Below are positions 31,986 through 43,966 of a DNA stretch of 64,000 bases, piece by piece (position 1 is the first letter of the stretch; every line of letters begins with the position of its first letter). Below the pieces are notes generated by a model. It saw nothing but the letters and a program-made list of their open reading frames with translations. It had not been told where the DNA came from and ran no database searches. The stretch spans positions 416,001 through 480,000 of the forward strand of contig AE017150.2 of the NCBI GenBank assembly GCA_000002445.1. Reading direction: 5' to 3'. The position numbers were made by a program, and so were the translations under genes. This stretch comes from Trypanosoma brucei. Lineage: Eukaryota.

Positions 31986-34900
31986 GTTCTACAAAGGGAA
32001 AGAAAAAGCACAAACACACACACACACACACAATAATAATAGTAATAATAGTAATAATAATAATTCGGAGGCTAATGAATGATGATTACTATTATTGATA
32101 TATATATATATATATATATATCCTGTTCCTCGCCTTCTTATTCTTGTGTCTGTTTTAATCCTCACGTCACCTCAACTTTTTAATTTAACTTAATTTAATT
32201 TCCCCCCCTGCCCCACAACAGCGGAAGCAGTGAGACCTGTCTCTAAAAAAAAAAAAGTAAGTTGTAGTTGTTGTTATTTGTTGTGGAAGATCGAATGAAG
32301 AGAAAAAGAAGAAGAGAGAAAAAAAAAGGAAAATAAATAAATAAATAAATACATACATACATTTGTGAAAGTGAGAATGTGTGTTAAGATTTCAAAAATG
32401 AAAATAACAACAACAGCAACAACAGAGGAATAAACGTTGACATATATGTATATATATATATTGTTTGAAAGAATAAACATGAGATCCAGAGTGGCAATTG
32501 CTGTTGACTGGGATTTCATAATGATGAATTGCAGGGAATTTGATGATGGTACACAAAAACTCGAATTCACTGCGAAAAGTAAAGGAGGAGGAGGGGGGTG
32601 CGGAAACACGCACACACAAAAAAAAAGAAAAAAAGGAAAAAAAAAAACGGTAGAAGCCGTTGCATAATTTGACAATGGAGAGTCACTAAATGTATCTTTT
32701 TCTTTTTTTTGCTTCCGCTTTTGTCATTTTCTTCTGAAAAGCAGATGGTGAATATTAAAAATTAAAAAAAAAACAAAAACAGAAATAAAAATAAAAATAA
32801 AAGAGACAAATTAACAATAATAAACAGCCAATAAAAAAGAAAAAAAAGGAACACAAAATAACACTGGAGAAATAAAAATTAAGAAGACACCCACCCAAAC
32901 AGGCATTTTAGGGGAAATTGAAGGTAAAATAAAAAAGTAATAAAACGCAAAAAAAAAAAAAGCAAATCAAAACAAACAAAACAACATCAAATCAACAACA
33001 ACAACAACAGGAGGAAAAGAGAACCCAAAATCCGTTTCAAACATAAAAGAGGGTAATTTGTTAAAGCATAACAACCATTAAAAACAAAAAAACAAAAACA
33101 AAAACAAAACAAAAACAACAAAAACGAAAAAAAAAAATGTGCGATGCAACAAATTTTATAAGAGAGTTATAAAATGATCATTAATCCTTCACTGTCATCG
33201 CAATATTTGCTTCTCTGTTTCCTCCCTTTTTCTTTTCTTTTATTTGTTAACCCTAACGGATACATGACATCATATTTTACATTTTGTTGTTTTATTTCCA
33301 TCTCACACGTGTCACTGCCACTCTTTCTTTTTTTTTTTTGAAAAATCACACACACACACACACGAAAAAAAAAGGAAAAAAAAAAAGGAAAACACAACAA
33401 AACATAAAATATATGCAAATGCATATATGCGTAAAGTATATACGACGGAGTTTATACATGATGGATTAAGCAATGACGAAAATAAATAAATATAAATATA
33501 TATTAAAAAAGATAAGAAATGAAAAAGAAAAAAAAATGCTTTTTTTACAACAGAAGGAGAAAGAGGAAGAGGATTAAAACAAAAAACAAAAACAAAAAAC
33601 TTTTATTGCCCACCTTTATTTATTTATTTATCTATTTACTTGTTTATTGTTTTATATTTTTTTTTCTATCGCCTATTCCTCCCCTTCTCAAAAATATTTT
33701 TCCGTGTTGTTTCGTGCTGCTGCTTCATTTTTTTTTCCCCTCTTCTTTTCTCTTTATAATCCTAATCCTAATCTTAATCTTAATCTTTTAAAAAAAACTT
33801 TTCCACAGATTTGATATAACTCTTCATTTCCACTCCATTTATTTCCACCTCATATAAACTTACATTTTGTGTTTCTGTACGAAACAACACCGAATAAAAA
33901 TAAGACAAGAAAAAAAAAAGACAAAAAAAAAGAAAAAAAAAAGAAACAACAACAACAAAAGAGAGCACAGAATACAAAAACAAAGCAGTTAGAAATAAAC
34001 ATACAAATATAAATATCTAAATTAAAATATAAATACAAACACATGAATCCGTAAACAGGGTAAACATATATTTGCAGATGCATTTGTAAATGTAATTAAC
34101 CGCAAATAAGTGAATGAACCACCAAATGGAAAGAGGAATCCCGCATGTCCACTCGTATAATAATAGTGAAAATAATAATAATAATAATAATTATTATTAT
34201 TAAAATTATTAAACTTAAAAATTATTAATATTACCCATCGCACAAATCGGATGAAACACACACTTGCACGATCAGACACACGCCGTGTTTCATAATTGCA
34301 TGAAAACAACAAAATTTTTTTTTTCTAATTTTTATTTTAAATCCCTGCACACACCTGCTTCCCTTTTCCCCCTCCCTTGAGTGCGTTCGTATGCAAATTT
34401 CCTCAAAAATAACAAATTTTGAAGTTATGCACACCCACACCCACACGCACTCGATTCTTTTTCTTTTTTTTTTTTAAAAAAAAAACTTGACTATTCATTT
34501 CGTATCAAAACAACAGCAACAACAACAAAACCCATTTTGAAACGTGTTATGGCATCCGCCTGTTATACATATAAATATAAATAAATATAAATAAATATAT
34601 AAATATATATATAATGGTATATGTTCACACATTCACTTACTCGCAATCTTCCCTCCCCCCCATTTCCATATGAAATCATTTTCTTTCCCACCTCCTTTCT
34701 TTTATGTATTTATATTTATTTATTTATATTTACTACAAATATATATATTTTTAAAAATATACACATAAACACAAATATAAACACACATGTGCTCTTTTGT
34801 TTGTTTGTTTGTTTGTCTTTTTTTTTCTTTTTTATTTTTATTGAAAGCCTCACTAATGCAGAGGCCACCGTATGAAATAAAAACTTTTCATGAACGTAAA

Positions 34901-36559
34901 GCAATTAAAAAAAAAAAAGCGCTTGTCATTTGTCACTTCTCTTTTCTTTTCTTTTCTTTTCTTCCTTTTCCTTTTCCCTCTTTTTGCGAAGAGAAAATAC
35001 CTCGCCATTTCTCTTAACATTTATAAAAAAAATGATAATAATTTCCAGTCCACATAATAATGCAAAGAGGAGATATGAGAGGTGAGAGATGAGGGAATAC
35101 AAGAAAAAGAAAAAAAAACAGAAAAAAAAACAAAAAAAAAACAAAAAAAAACAACAAGAAGACAATATAAGATATAAAATATGGAAAAAATGAATTGTGG
35201 AGAAAAAAGAAAAGAAGAGGAGGAATTCAAGTAATTTCGAGGAATGTTGGTAAAAATCGTGTGGTGAACACAACTGCAAAACATAAACCAAAAAAAAAAG
35301 AAAAAAAACATGTTAATAATATACCCGTCACCACCATAAAATAAGAGAACATCGTCATCAACATCAACATCAACAACAACAAAAAAAGAAAAGAGGTTGA
35401 GGCCAATACAATGTAATGGATGGCGATAATTGGATGAATAAAGGGAGAAGGAGGAAAACACACGACACCCACCCACACATACAAACATATAAATAAATAT
35501 AAATATAAATATAACCACAGATAATCGGCGACAAAAAACAAACACACAAACAAACAAAGAAGGTGCGGAAGACAACCACTCTCCGCATCACATCTTAATA
35601 ATATTAATATTATTAATAATATATTATTGTTGTGATATTTTTTTTCAGAGGGTAAATTGAAACAATAACAAACAACAGACAACCACCACAATAACAAAAA
35701 AAAAAAAGGAAAGAACCAGTGGGTTCGTTTCCCTTCCCGTGTTTAATACCCTTTAGAAATATACCAACATCTCCCACATTATTAATTTATAATGCCCTCA
35801 AACAAACACGATGATCGATGCGAGTTGGAGGGCTTGAAAATATTTCTGTTATTTTTCTTAATTATTAAATTTTGAAGAAGAAGAAGGAGGAACAACATAT
35901 GAAAAACATTTAAGAAAGAGAAAGAAAAGAGCCTCCTCCCCCAAATAAAAAAACAAGAGGAAAAAAAAAACAACAACAAAGCAGAGTGGTAAAATTGTCA
36001 CATCGTTAGTTCCTATTCTTTGACATCTTATTCCCTCTTTTTTTCTTTTTCTTTTGTTTTTTTTCCTTTTTAAATACTTTTCTCCGCGTCTATTCATGCT
36101 GTTAAACTTCCTCTGACTTACGGCCACCACAACAACTTCACGCAACTTTCATATGCACACATTTCTATGAACTCAAATAAGTGTAACATTCAACTATTGG
36201 ATGAATATAACCCATCATTTATGTATACGCATGCATATATTTGTGCAGTGAATATGTGGTTAATGCTGCGACGTGGATGTGGACATGAAACGAAATATTG
36301 CCCAAATAATTGCCAAGGTTACGACATGAAGGTATCTCCCATCCACCCCTCCTCTATTTACATTCACACGCACCTAAACAAAAAAAAAAAAAAAGGACAA
36401 ATAAGAAAGAAACAACAACCTTCTCTTCCTCTCCCTATCCTTCTCTTTTTCCTTTTTTTTTCTCTCCATAAAAACAACAATAACGACAAGAAAAATTTCC
36501 TTGTTAATTTGGTTATTAACATGAGATGCCCTCTGATAATTTAATGTTCTCTAAGATTT
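31986..36559. repeat. 4.5-kb gene-free, AT-rich low-complexity tract with strong strand asymmetry (plus strand A/purine-rich), made of many short simple repeats such as (AAAC)n, (AAT)n, (TA)n, (CAA)n and (ATAAAT)n
   Basis: No ORF longer than about 180 codons, and all ORFs here are F/L/C/K-rich low-complexity artefacts. The tract lies between the SF3a2 start and the GDPD stop, so it would be 3'UTR plus intergenic plus 5'UTR of the minus-strand unit. Confidence 0.7.
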
Positions 36560-39500
36560 TTATGTTGACACCGTCATTCCCCCATGTGCCGCTCCATCAG
36601 TGGCCCACTTGGGTACGGTATCTGTAATGATGGCGTCAACTTTCATTCCTTTTGACTGCGCTGCACGAAACCGTTCGCACATGTTCATTTCCCCCCACGT
36701 CCACACCTGCTGTCCCTTTCCATGGGCATAATTCACAATTGTCCTTCCACGAGAACAGTCAAAGTTGGACCAAAATTCATCCATTTTCCTCCCTGAGATC
36801 CCTACGTGGGCTCCATTATCATCATTATCATTATCATTATCTTCACCATCATGTGTGGTGTTCTCGCCTTTACCGTTCGGGTAACTAAAAGTACCTCCGC
36901 GTTCCCTTTCCGCCATGCCTTGGATTTCCTTTAGTTCACCCAACTGCTTGTCTGTGCACAGTGAGGGAGCATGAATAGAGATACCCGAGAGATTCATCAG
37001 TATAGAAAATTGCAATGCGCCTTCCACTCTGCCAAATGAGCGGTAATCCTTAAAGTCATCGCCCAGTTCCGTGTCACACAAATAAACGACATGGTAACGG
37101 CTTTGCTTTAACCTCAGCGCCAGACACACATCAGGTTCGAAGCTGCTGAATATTACATCCCTGAAGCGTTGCGTTTTCCCCCCTAGTCCGTCATCCACCG
37201 AATGTTGCTGATCGGCGAAAGCGAAAACGACCTGTAGAATATCATCCACGAATGCATTTACCTCAAAGGAGTCCGTTTGCAAAAAGAGATTAGCATCTGC
37301 TATTGGTTGGAAAGGAAATTTAACCTCCAGGTCAAAACGCAGGGAGGGCGCGGTGCCTTCGAAGAGGTCCTGCAGCGTGCAGATGCGATTCGTCACATTC
37401 TCCTCTTGGGATATGATACGTTTGTGCTTATTATACGCGCTGATGTAATCATCCACGCTGGGACAGTGATTATGGCACTTTTCGGTCGAGGAGTTGGATT
37501 TATCATCGCCACCGCTTTCTGAGTTGATGTCGGCACATCCCCTAATGGCATGATTACCACCAACGCTGCCGTGTTTTTCTGTGCATTCCTTTGTGCATGG
37601 GACGCAGGTTCCGAATCCTGCCGCTACTTCCACTACTTGATTCGCATGTTTGCACGCCAACTCCTCACGTACCCTATTTCGATAAACACGGAGAATTTGA
37701 TGCCAGTGCTGCAGAATCAAGTTACGCAGCCTGTTCCCTGCTTTAATATGTGTAAATGTTTCAGTGATTACAACATCCAGTTGGTTCTTAGTGAGTTGAT
37801 GCAGCGCGATTGGGACTGAGGAAAACTGTGGCGGATCGCGCATGAACATTTGATACTCTTTAAGTCTTAGCGATTTCCCCGAAGTACTGGCGCCTGCACA
37901 TATGGCGGATTCGAAGCCAGGAGGGGGTTGTAACATTGGGGAATCAGCGATAAAAGATGGGCTGACGCCAAAACCTACGGACTTCTCATCGGGTGGAGAG
38001 CCAAACGAGTTTACACGGCCATTGCGTGTGCCGGCTCCTCGCTTCCCCCGTGCCTGCAGTTGAATGAGCGGATCATGATAAACGATAGGAACGCGATCGC
38101 GGGTGAGCATCACATCGAATTCCACCATGTCACATCCACGACGGTGAGCTGCATTGAGTGACTCCAAACTGTTCTCCGCTAATTTAACCATTAGTTTTGG
38201 GACCTTTGCTCGCTGTCCTGCGCCGCGCTTCGTTGGGCTAGCTCCGTCGGCAACCACAGATTCTGCGTTGGAGGCGAAGGAGAAGTTTTCAACGGGCTCG
38301 ACCGGCCCTCGTGTGTATGTTTTTCCGAGACCGCGATGACCCACGAGTTTTTTTGTCGATAGTCGGCCGCGTGAAGCAACGGATCGGACAATCTCCAGCG
38401 TGTTACGTTCAGGGTTTGCAAAGGGATAGACGAGAAGGTACTGTAAGTAAAGAGTGTGCCAGTGCGCAGTGACGGTGGGTTGACCACTTACGCTATCCAC
38501 AGTAATTTCTGGAAAGCACACAGGCATAACAAGTGTGCCATTTGTACGTTGTTCGAATAGAGGGGGCTGCAGCATTACAAACCCCCTCAACCAACGAATA
38601 CCGGTAACCCCGGTGCTGCTTCCGCATTCAGTGACTTCTGATGCTGCAGGCGGTGTTTCCGTTGACGTTTCCGGTGTGTCGCCTGTTGCGGCGGCGCCTC
38701 TAGATTCAGTGTTCTCTCCTTTAGACTGCGCGTCATTTTTTTTTGACGCCGACTCGGATGGCTTCCTCACCGAAGTGCCACCGTTGCGTTCTTTTTCACC
38801 ATATATGGGTGTGGGCAACATTACTTCCACCTGCAACCCACAACCAGCGAGCAACGCAAGGTTTACAGTTGTGTGCCACATTCGCATTGTGTGTTGTGGA
38901 GCGCCACGAGTCATCGGAGCAACAGGGTCAGCAAGGCGAAGAGGTTCGACACACCAGCCACGCTGAGTGAAGGCGGTAACAGCAGTAACAACATCCTCCG
39001 TCAAACCTTCATCGCATGCAGAAGCACAAGATACAGAGGGTAGACTTGGATATTTTCGTAACGCTGCAACTGGTGTGTTCTGTGACGGTATAGATGGCGT
39101 GTTTCCCACAGTGGTTGACGTTGGTGCTGAAGCGTTTCCCCTCTCCGAGGCCCTCTGTAGGGATAATTGCTTCTTCACCATACGTATCTGCTGTTCCATT
39201 GGTGGCAATGAGGAGACATGGCCTTCACACCAACAGCAACCCTCAGATGGGACGGGATATACGTCACACACCTCAATAATAGTTGAGGGATTAACCACAT
39301 CCCCATTTTCTTGGTCTTCAGGGGAGTTGGAGCGACTTGTGTCCTTCCAACCATTTTCCTCCATGAAGAGTACCGCGTCTCGACTTTTTTTTGGTAAACT
39401 TTCCAGCCACCTTTTCCGATCATACCGCACTCGAGGATCGTTTCCATACATTGACAGTGAGAGATAAGGGGCCCCCCGTGGGTTTCCGTCAGTCGAATTC

Positions 39501-40183
39501 GGCCTGCGAAGCTGTGAAAGAAACGGGAATTGCCCCGATGCCCTCGCAAAGTGGAGGTTAAGTGACCTCAGGTCAATACGGGCCATGAACATGGGCACCT
39601 CCGAACCATCCTCTTCATAGTAGCCGGAATCACACCTGTTAACGCGGTTTACACGCCGGAGATCAGTCTTTGAAGGTTGCGTACGGGAATTCTCCACCGC
39701 CACAATCGCCGCACCGGGACATAACGAACTAATGGCAGCTGCTTGCAGAAGCAGTTCGTCAACAATAACAAGCCGGTAGCGCAATTGTGTGTTTTCCACA
39801 CATGAGGCTGGAACTTGAGCCGTTGCGGTTAGGAGAAGTGGCGTGTTATCATAATCTGCGTTGGAGCCTCCGCTAGTACTGTAAGTGCTTTCCTCACTGC
39901 TAAGATAAAAGGACGATACGGTTTCTTCAAGTACAAGTGGCGCTGAAAAGCCCCATGCGCCCATTTCTTCTGCATCACTCACAATTCCCAGCCTCAATTC
40001 ACTAATGGCGGGTGGGACGTAACGATGTTTTTGATGCTCGTGTGTGTGTAGTCCATATTCGGGAGACGTGAAACATTGGTGAAGTGCTGGCGTGGAAAAT
40101 CTTGACAGTTCCGTATTTAATGCACCTGCATTCAGCCCTGTAACTTCAAAAGTAACAGACACACGCTGCACTACGGCGGCCAT
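36560..40183 (-). CDS. Glycerophosphodiester phosphodiesterase (GDPD/GP-PDE) domain protein, 1207 aa, with a roughly 560-aa N-terminal extension and large low-complexity inserts in the TIM-barrel domain
   Basis: GDPD motifs in order: VGHRGLG (about 38328-38345 on plus), ENSLESLNAAHRRGCDMVEFDVMLTRDRVPIVYHD, RFDLEVKFP (E-x-K motif), VIFSSFEPDVCLALRL and GISIHAPSL. The domain spans about 36950-38350. Confidence 0.75.
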   Translation of the reverse strand: MAAVVQRVSVTFEVTGLNAGALNTELSRFSTPALHQCFTSPEYGLHTHEHQKHRYVPPAISELRLGIVSDAEEMGAWGFSAPLVLEETVSSFYLSSEESTYSTSGGSNADYDNTPLLLTATAQVPASCVENTQLRYRLVIVDELLLQAAAISSLCPGAAIVAVENSRTQPSKTDLRRVNRVNRCDSGYYEEDGSEVPMFMARIDLRSLNLHFARASGQFPFLSQLRRPNSTDGNPRGAPYLSLSMYGNDPRVRYDRKRWLESLPKKSRDAVLFMEENGWKDTSRSNSPEDQENGDVVNPSTIIEVCDVYPVPSEGCCWCEGHVSSLPPMEQQIRMVKKQLSLQRASERGNASAPTSTTVGNTPSIPSQNTPVAALRKYPSLPSVSCASACDEGLTEDVVTAVTAFTQRGWCVEPLRLADPVAPMTRGAPQHTMRMWHTTVNLALLAGCGLQVEVMLPTPIYGEKERNGGTSVRKPSESASKKNDAQSKGENTESRGAAATGDTPETSTETPPAASEVTECGSSTGVTGIRWLRGFVMLQPPLFEQRTNGTLVMPVCFPEITVDSVSGQPTVTAHWHTLYLQYLLVYPFANPERNTLEIVRSVASRGRLSTKKLVGHRGLGKTYTRGPVEPVENFSFASNAESVVADGASPTKRGAGQRAKVPKLMVKLAENSLESLNAAHRRGCDMVEFDVMLTRDRVPIVYHDPLIQLQARGKRGAGTRNGRVNSFGSPPDEKSVGFGVSPSFIADSPMLQPPPGFESAICAGASTSGKSLRLKEYQMFMRDPPQFSSVPIALHQLTKNQLDVVITETFTHIKAGNRLRNLILQHWHQILRVYRNRVREELACKHANQVVEVAAGFGTCVPCTKECTEKHGSVGGNHAIRGCADINSESGGDDKSNSSTEKCHNHCPSVDDYISAYNKHKRIISQEENVTNRICTLQDLFEGTAPSLRFDLEVKFPFQPIADANLFLQTDSFEVNAFVDDILQVVFAFADQQHSVDDGLGGKTQRFRDVIFSSFEPDVCLALRLKQSRYHVVYLCDTELGDDFKDYRSFGRVEGALQFSILMNLSGISIHAPSLCTDKQLGELKEIQGMAERERGGTFSYPNGKGENTTHDGEDNDNDNDDNGAHVGISGRKMDEFWSNFDCSRGRTIVNYAHGKGQQVWTWGEMNMCERFRAAQSKGMKVDAIITDTVPKWATDGAAHGGMTVST

Positions 40184-41923
40184 GGATATGTGTTAAAGTG
40201 ATTGTAAAATAATGTCTGTTTCCCCCCCTCCAGCTGGCTTACTTGCTTTTTTTGTTGTTTCTGATACGTAATGAGTCTTAATCGCACAAGCAAGCAAGAT
40301 GTAATGTTTTTGGCGAGGTTATGTAAGTCGAATGAAAAAAAAAAGAAACTGATGCGACCAGTCCTTTCTTTTTTTTTTTTTGATTTTTGTCCGGTCCAGC
40401 TTCCTGACTTCACCCAATCTTGCCAGTTTTTGTTGGATGTTAGTTTTTCTCCCGCCTTTCTTTCCTTCTTTCCTTCTTTTTTTTTGTGTGCGGCAGATTA
40501 TTCCTATTAATACACTTTGGTGAAGTGAATGTGACTTACCGCCTGCTTCCCGCTTCCTTCCTTCTTTCCTTCCCACCTGGTGTATATCTGTGTATGTATT
40601 TGTAAAAATATTAAAGAACGGTTTCCTTCGCTACCCTAACAATGTGTACGCCCTGTGTTTTAATAATAAAAAACGGAAATTTGAGCGAGATGTCGAATAA
40701 TATACAAGTACAAATATACATATATACAAAAAGAATATTTGAGGTCAAATCATACGTTTCAGTCAACTTCGGCCTTCAACGCATTAAAAACTCCCGCTAT
40801 CGTTGCTTTGTTCATCATCGGCAACGCTGTTGTTGTTACCGACTGTCGTACACGCAACCTTGTAACAGTTTGAGTTAATTCAATCCAAAGTTAATTCCCT
40901 CCTTTCCCCTCCACTACATCATCACATTTTCCTGTTCAGCAATCAAACCGTAAAAAATAATAATAACAATAACAATAATAATAAGAAACTGAAAGACACT
41001 CGCGCTATTGACAGTCAGCAAAGGGATGCTGGAAGAAAGAATCAGAACCGAACTAAGAGCAAAAAAAAAAAAAAACGGGCACAAACACAAACACACACGA
41101 AAATAATACACGCACAAAAAACTTTTATTGCCTATATATTTATTTTTTTTTATTGTTTTGTTTCTTTTCCTCCTCTTCTCCTCTATTTTCTTTGTTTTTT
41201 CTTCCCCTACGTGGAACCATGCATGAGAGTAACATCCCCAGGGGGTTAGCACGATGTAGTAAAGACAAAAATGAAATTAACGGCAGAGAAAAAGAGGAGG
41301 AGACAAAAAAAAAAAACGAAATGAAAAAGAAAAATAAAGAAAAACAGGAACTACAGCAATAAGAAGGTGCAGCAACAAGAACAACAACAATAACAAAAAA
41401 AAAGAAAAGAGACGAAAAGAAATCATCCTTAGCAATACCCCCGAAAACAGGGTGAATTGGGAGATCACAAAAAAAAAAAACGGAGGGGCGTGGGGGTAAA
41501 AATCGCGACTGGAAGGCGAGGCCAAAATACACCGCAGGTGGAGAGCTGCGGTGCGGCATGTAAAACACCACAAAGCGGGAAAACTCTGCCCCCTTCCAAA
41601 CACCAACACCAACACTAGCAATGACAAAAATGATAATGCAGGAGGAAAGTAATGTTAATGCGAAACAGGCATTTCCTTAGTTTAATTTTCCGTCCCCTTT
41701 CTTTTTCTTTTTTTTTTTTTGCGCCCCCCCCCCCCATAAACCACAAACGCAGACGCCGCCGTGCGTGGTTGAAGCACGCGTCCCAATGCAACAACAACAA
41801 AGAAGGTGGGAGCGAAATCAGAAGGAAACAGCATTACGCTTCAAAAATACGTCACTGCGCACTTATGTTCACACGAATAAATATGCACACGATCCACTAA
41901 ATTCACAAACTCCACACGTTTCC

Positions 41924-43966
41924 TTACGTGTATATTTGCATCGCTTGCTCAACCACCACACGGCATATTGGACACAACATACCATCCATCTGCCTTTCAA
42001 TGTACGTCACGCTGCATGTACTGCACAGTGCCAAATGCCTGCAAGGAAGCAACAACACATCTTTTTCGGCATCTAAACACGTCACACACTTTGTGGATAA
42101 CTCTCGCTCCTTTACGTGCGTCTCTGCCGTAGAATGACCATGTGCTCGAACGTGCTGTGATGAACCACTTCCAGCGGCTATTGGCGAGAGAGCAGGAGTA
42201 ACAGCGCTATTCTCAGAAGGTTCAAAGGACCCGCCCGAACCACTTGCACTGTGAGCTGGTCCCGGGTTCTCTTTGCAGTACTTTACTATCAAATCCGTTG
42301 CCTTCTCCTGTACTTCCTTCAGCACCGCTTGCAGCGAGCCATGCGTTGACCAGTCCTGTATGGAAGTAAAGTTGCGCAAATCCAACTTCCCGCTAGTGCT
42401 GTCTTCAATGATGGGCTGAAGAGCCCGCCGCTCCGGTGAAGAGTCCAGCGCAGTGGGAAAGTACAACCGTGGGGCGTCGGTAAAATCCCCATTTGGGTCG
42501 AATTTTATGCGAAGGGGAAGTTTCATGACAACATCGCCTTCCAGCAGGTCCAACGGCGCTGCTTTGCTGATGCCACCAGAAGTGACGGTTGGCTCATGCA
42601 AATCCACTGAGGCAGACGAAAATGGAGAGACTTTGGTGATTGGAAGGTGTCCCTCCGCGGTACAAGTCACGGCATCATACGTAAAAGCATTATCGCAGAA
42701 CTGCGACAGGGCGCGAAGGACGCGAGTGGTGATCTCTCGCCTGTGAGAGAACGGATAAAACAGTGGTCCACTATTGTTCACCACCTTAGTGGACTCGTTT
42801 GAACGAGTGAGGGGCGCAATCAGAGAAAAGTTCGCCAAAATGACATCCGACACGTATTGTACCAACGACCGCACCTTAGCGTCCGCACTACTTGGGATGA
42901 TTGCTCCGCTTCTGGGATCGATATATGTGGCGCGGCGGTTAATGGACAGACCGGCGAGCGCCTTGATGTCAATTAACGCACGATACGGTGAACTGCGGAC
43001 ACCGCTGCTGTTATCCAAAACACAACTGCTGGTGAGCGCAGTGCGGTCCTTATCGGAAGTAGATGGATTAACACCAGACTCGCTACCAGATTTGTATCGA
43101 TCACCTGCGTGCGTCTTTGTCACAACCAATATGACCGGCGTATAGTACATCTCGCCATTATACTTGTAGGGTAACATCCCTTGAGCACGATAGTTTTGAC
43201 AGGTTTCGTAGAACTTAAACACCCCTTTGTATGCGCGGCGGAGTTCCTGCAAATCGTATGGCAGAGGTTTACTGCGATCAAGATGTCGCGTGTCTCGTGG
43301 CATTCCCTCGTACCATTTCTTAACGCGTTGTGCGCTCGGAAGTCCCCCAGGAGATGAAGCCGCTACCGAGTCCACAGCCAACCACTGCTTTTCTCGCTCC
43401 AAGAGATCAGAGTAATTAAACTCACCACCGCTCATTGGCGATTGATAAGCGGATGGCCTCAGCTGATCTGCACTTGACACCGGCTGAGTGATGCTCATGA
43501 ACGGATTGAATGTCTCGGTTGCGGAAGTTAACCCTTGCTTGTCAGGTTGTTCTTCAACCATCTGCAGCATAACTATGCAATTCTGTGCGCTAGGATGTCG
43601 CCCCAACTGCTGCCTGGCCAAATCAAGAGGCAGTTGGTTCAACGCGTTGCGCTTAGGCGGAATCCCAAACGATAGCAGAAACGACAAAATATCTTCGTTG
43701 CAGTGTTCAGCAGCAACGTGCAGACATGTGTTATCGATGGCTCCACATGGAACACTAATGTCTGCGTTAAATTCAGTGACAAGCATAGCGACTACACTCC
43801 CGCGGTCAGCGCAGGTGGCTGTGTAAAGCAGCGTATGCCTAGTGTTTGGGTTTGGAAGGTTAACACGCTCCCGGTTCGATTGCAGCCACGTGCGGAGAGC
43901 AGCTACATTTCCTTCCGAGGCATAAATAAACTCCGCAGGGGTTATATATGGATTCCCACTAAACAT
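41924..43966 (-). CDS. Ankyrin-repeat protein with a C-terminal C3HC4 RING finger (putative E3 ubiquitin ligase), 680 aa
   Basis: N-terminal ankyrin repeats (TLLYTATCADRGSVVAMLV...NTCLHVAAEHCNEDILSFLLSFG). The C-terminus carries the RING consensus CVTCLDAEKDVLLLPCRHLALCSTCSVTYIERQMDGMLCPICR. A central region of about 200 aa has no assignment. Confidence 0.75.
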   Translation of the reverse strand: MFSGNPYITPAEFIYASEGNVAALRTWLQSNRERVNLPNPNTRHTLLYTATCADRGSVVAMLVTEFNADISVPCGAIDNTCLHVAAEHCNEDILSFLLSFGIPPKRNALNQLPLDLARQQLGRHPSAQNCIVMLQMVEEQPDKQGLTSATETFNPFMSITQPVSSADQLRPSAYQSPMSGGEFNYSDLLEREKQWLAVDSVAASSPGGLPSAQRVKKWYEGMPRDTRHLDRSKPLPYDLQELRRAYKGVFKFYETCQNYRAQGMLPYKYNGEMYYTPVILVVTKTHAGDRYKSGSESGVNPSTSDKDRTALTSSCVLDNSSGVRSSPYRALIDIKALAGLSINRRATYIDPRSGAIIPSSADAKVRSLVQYVSDVILANFSLIAPLTRSNESTKVVNNSGPLFYPFSHRREITTRVLRALSQFCDNAFTYDAVTCTAEGHLPITKVSPFSSASVDLHEPTVTSGGISKAAPLDLLEGDVVMKLPLRIKFDPNGDFTDAPRLYFPTALDSSPERRALQPIIEDSTSGKLDLRNFTSIQDWSTHGSLQAVLKEVQEKATDLIVKYCKENPGPAHSASGSGGSFEPSENSAVTPALSPIAAGSGSSQHVRAHGHSTAETHVKERELSTKCVTCLDAEKDVLLLPCRHLALCSTCSVTYIERQMDGMLCPICRVVVEQAMQIYT

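Noticed and set aside
32274-36145. Cluster of 60-184-aa minus-strand ORFs in the 32-36 kb tract (for example 35021-35575 and 35227-35697)
   Set aside because: Extremely low-complexity F/L/C/V/I-rich translations of a pyrimidine-rich strand that overlap each other in different frames, with no motif. They are artefacts of simple-sequence DNA.
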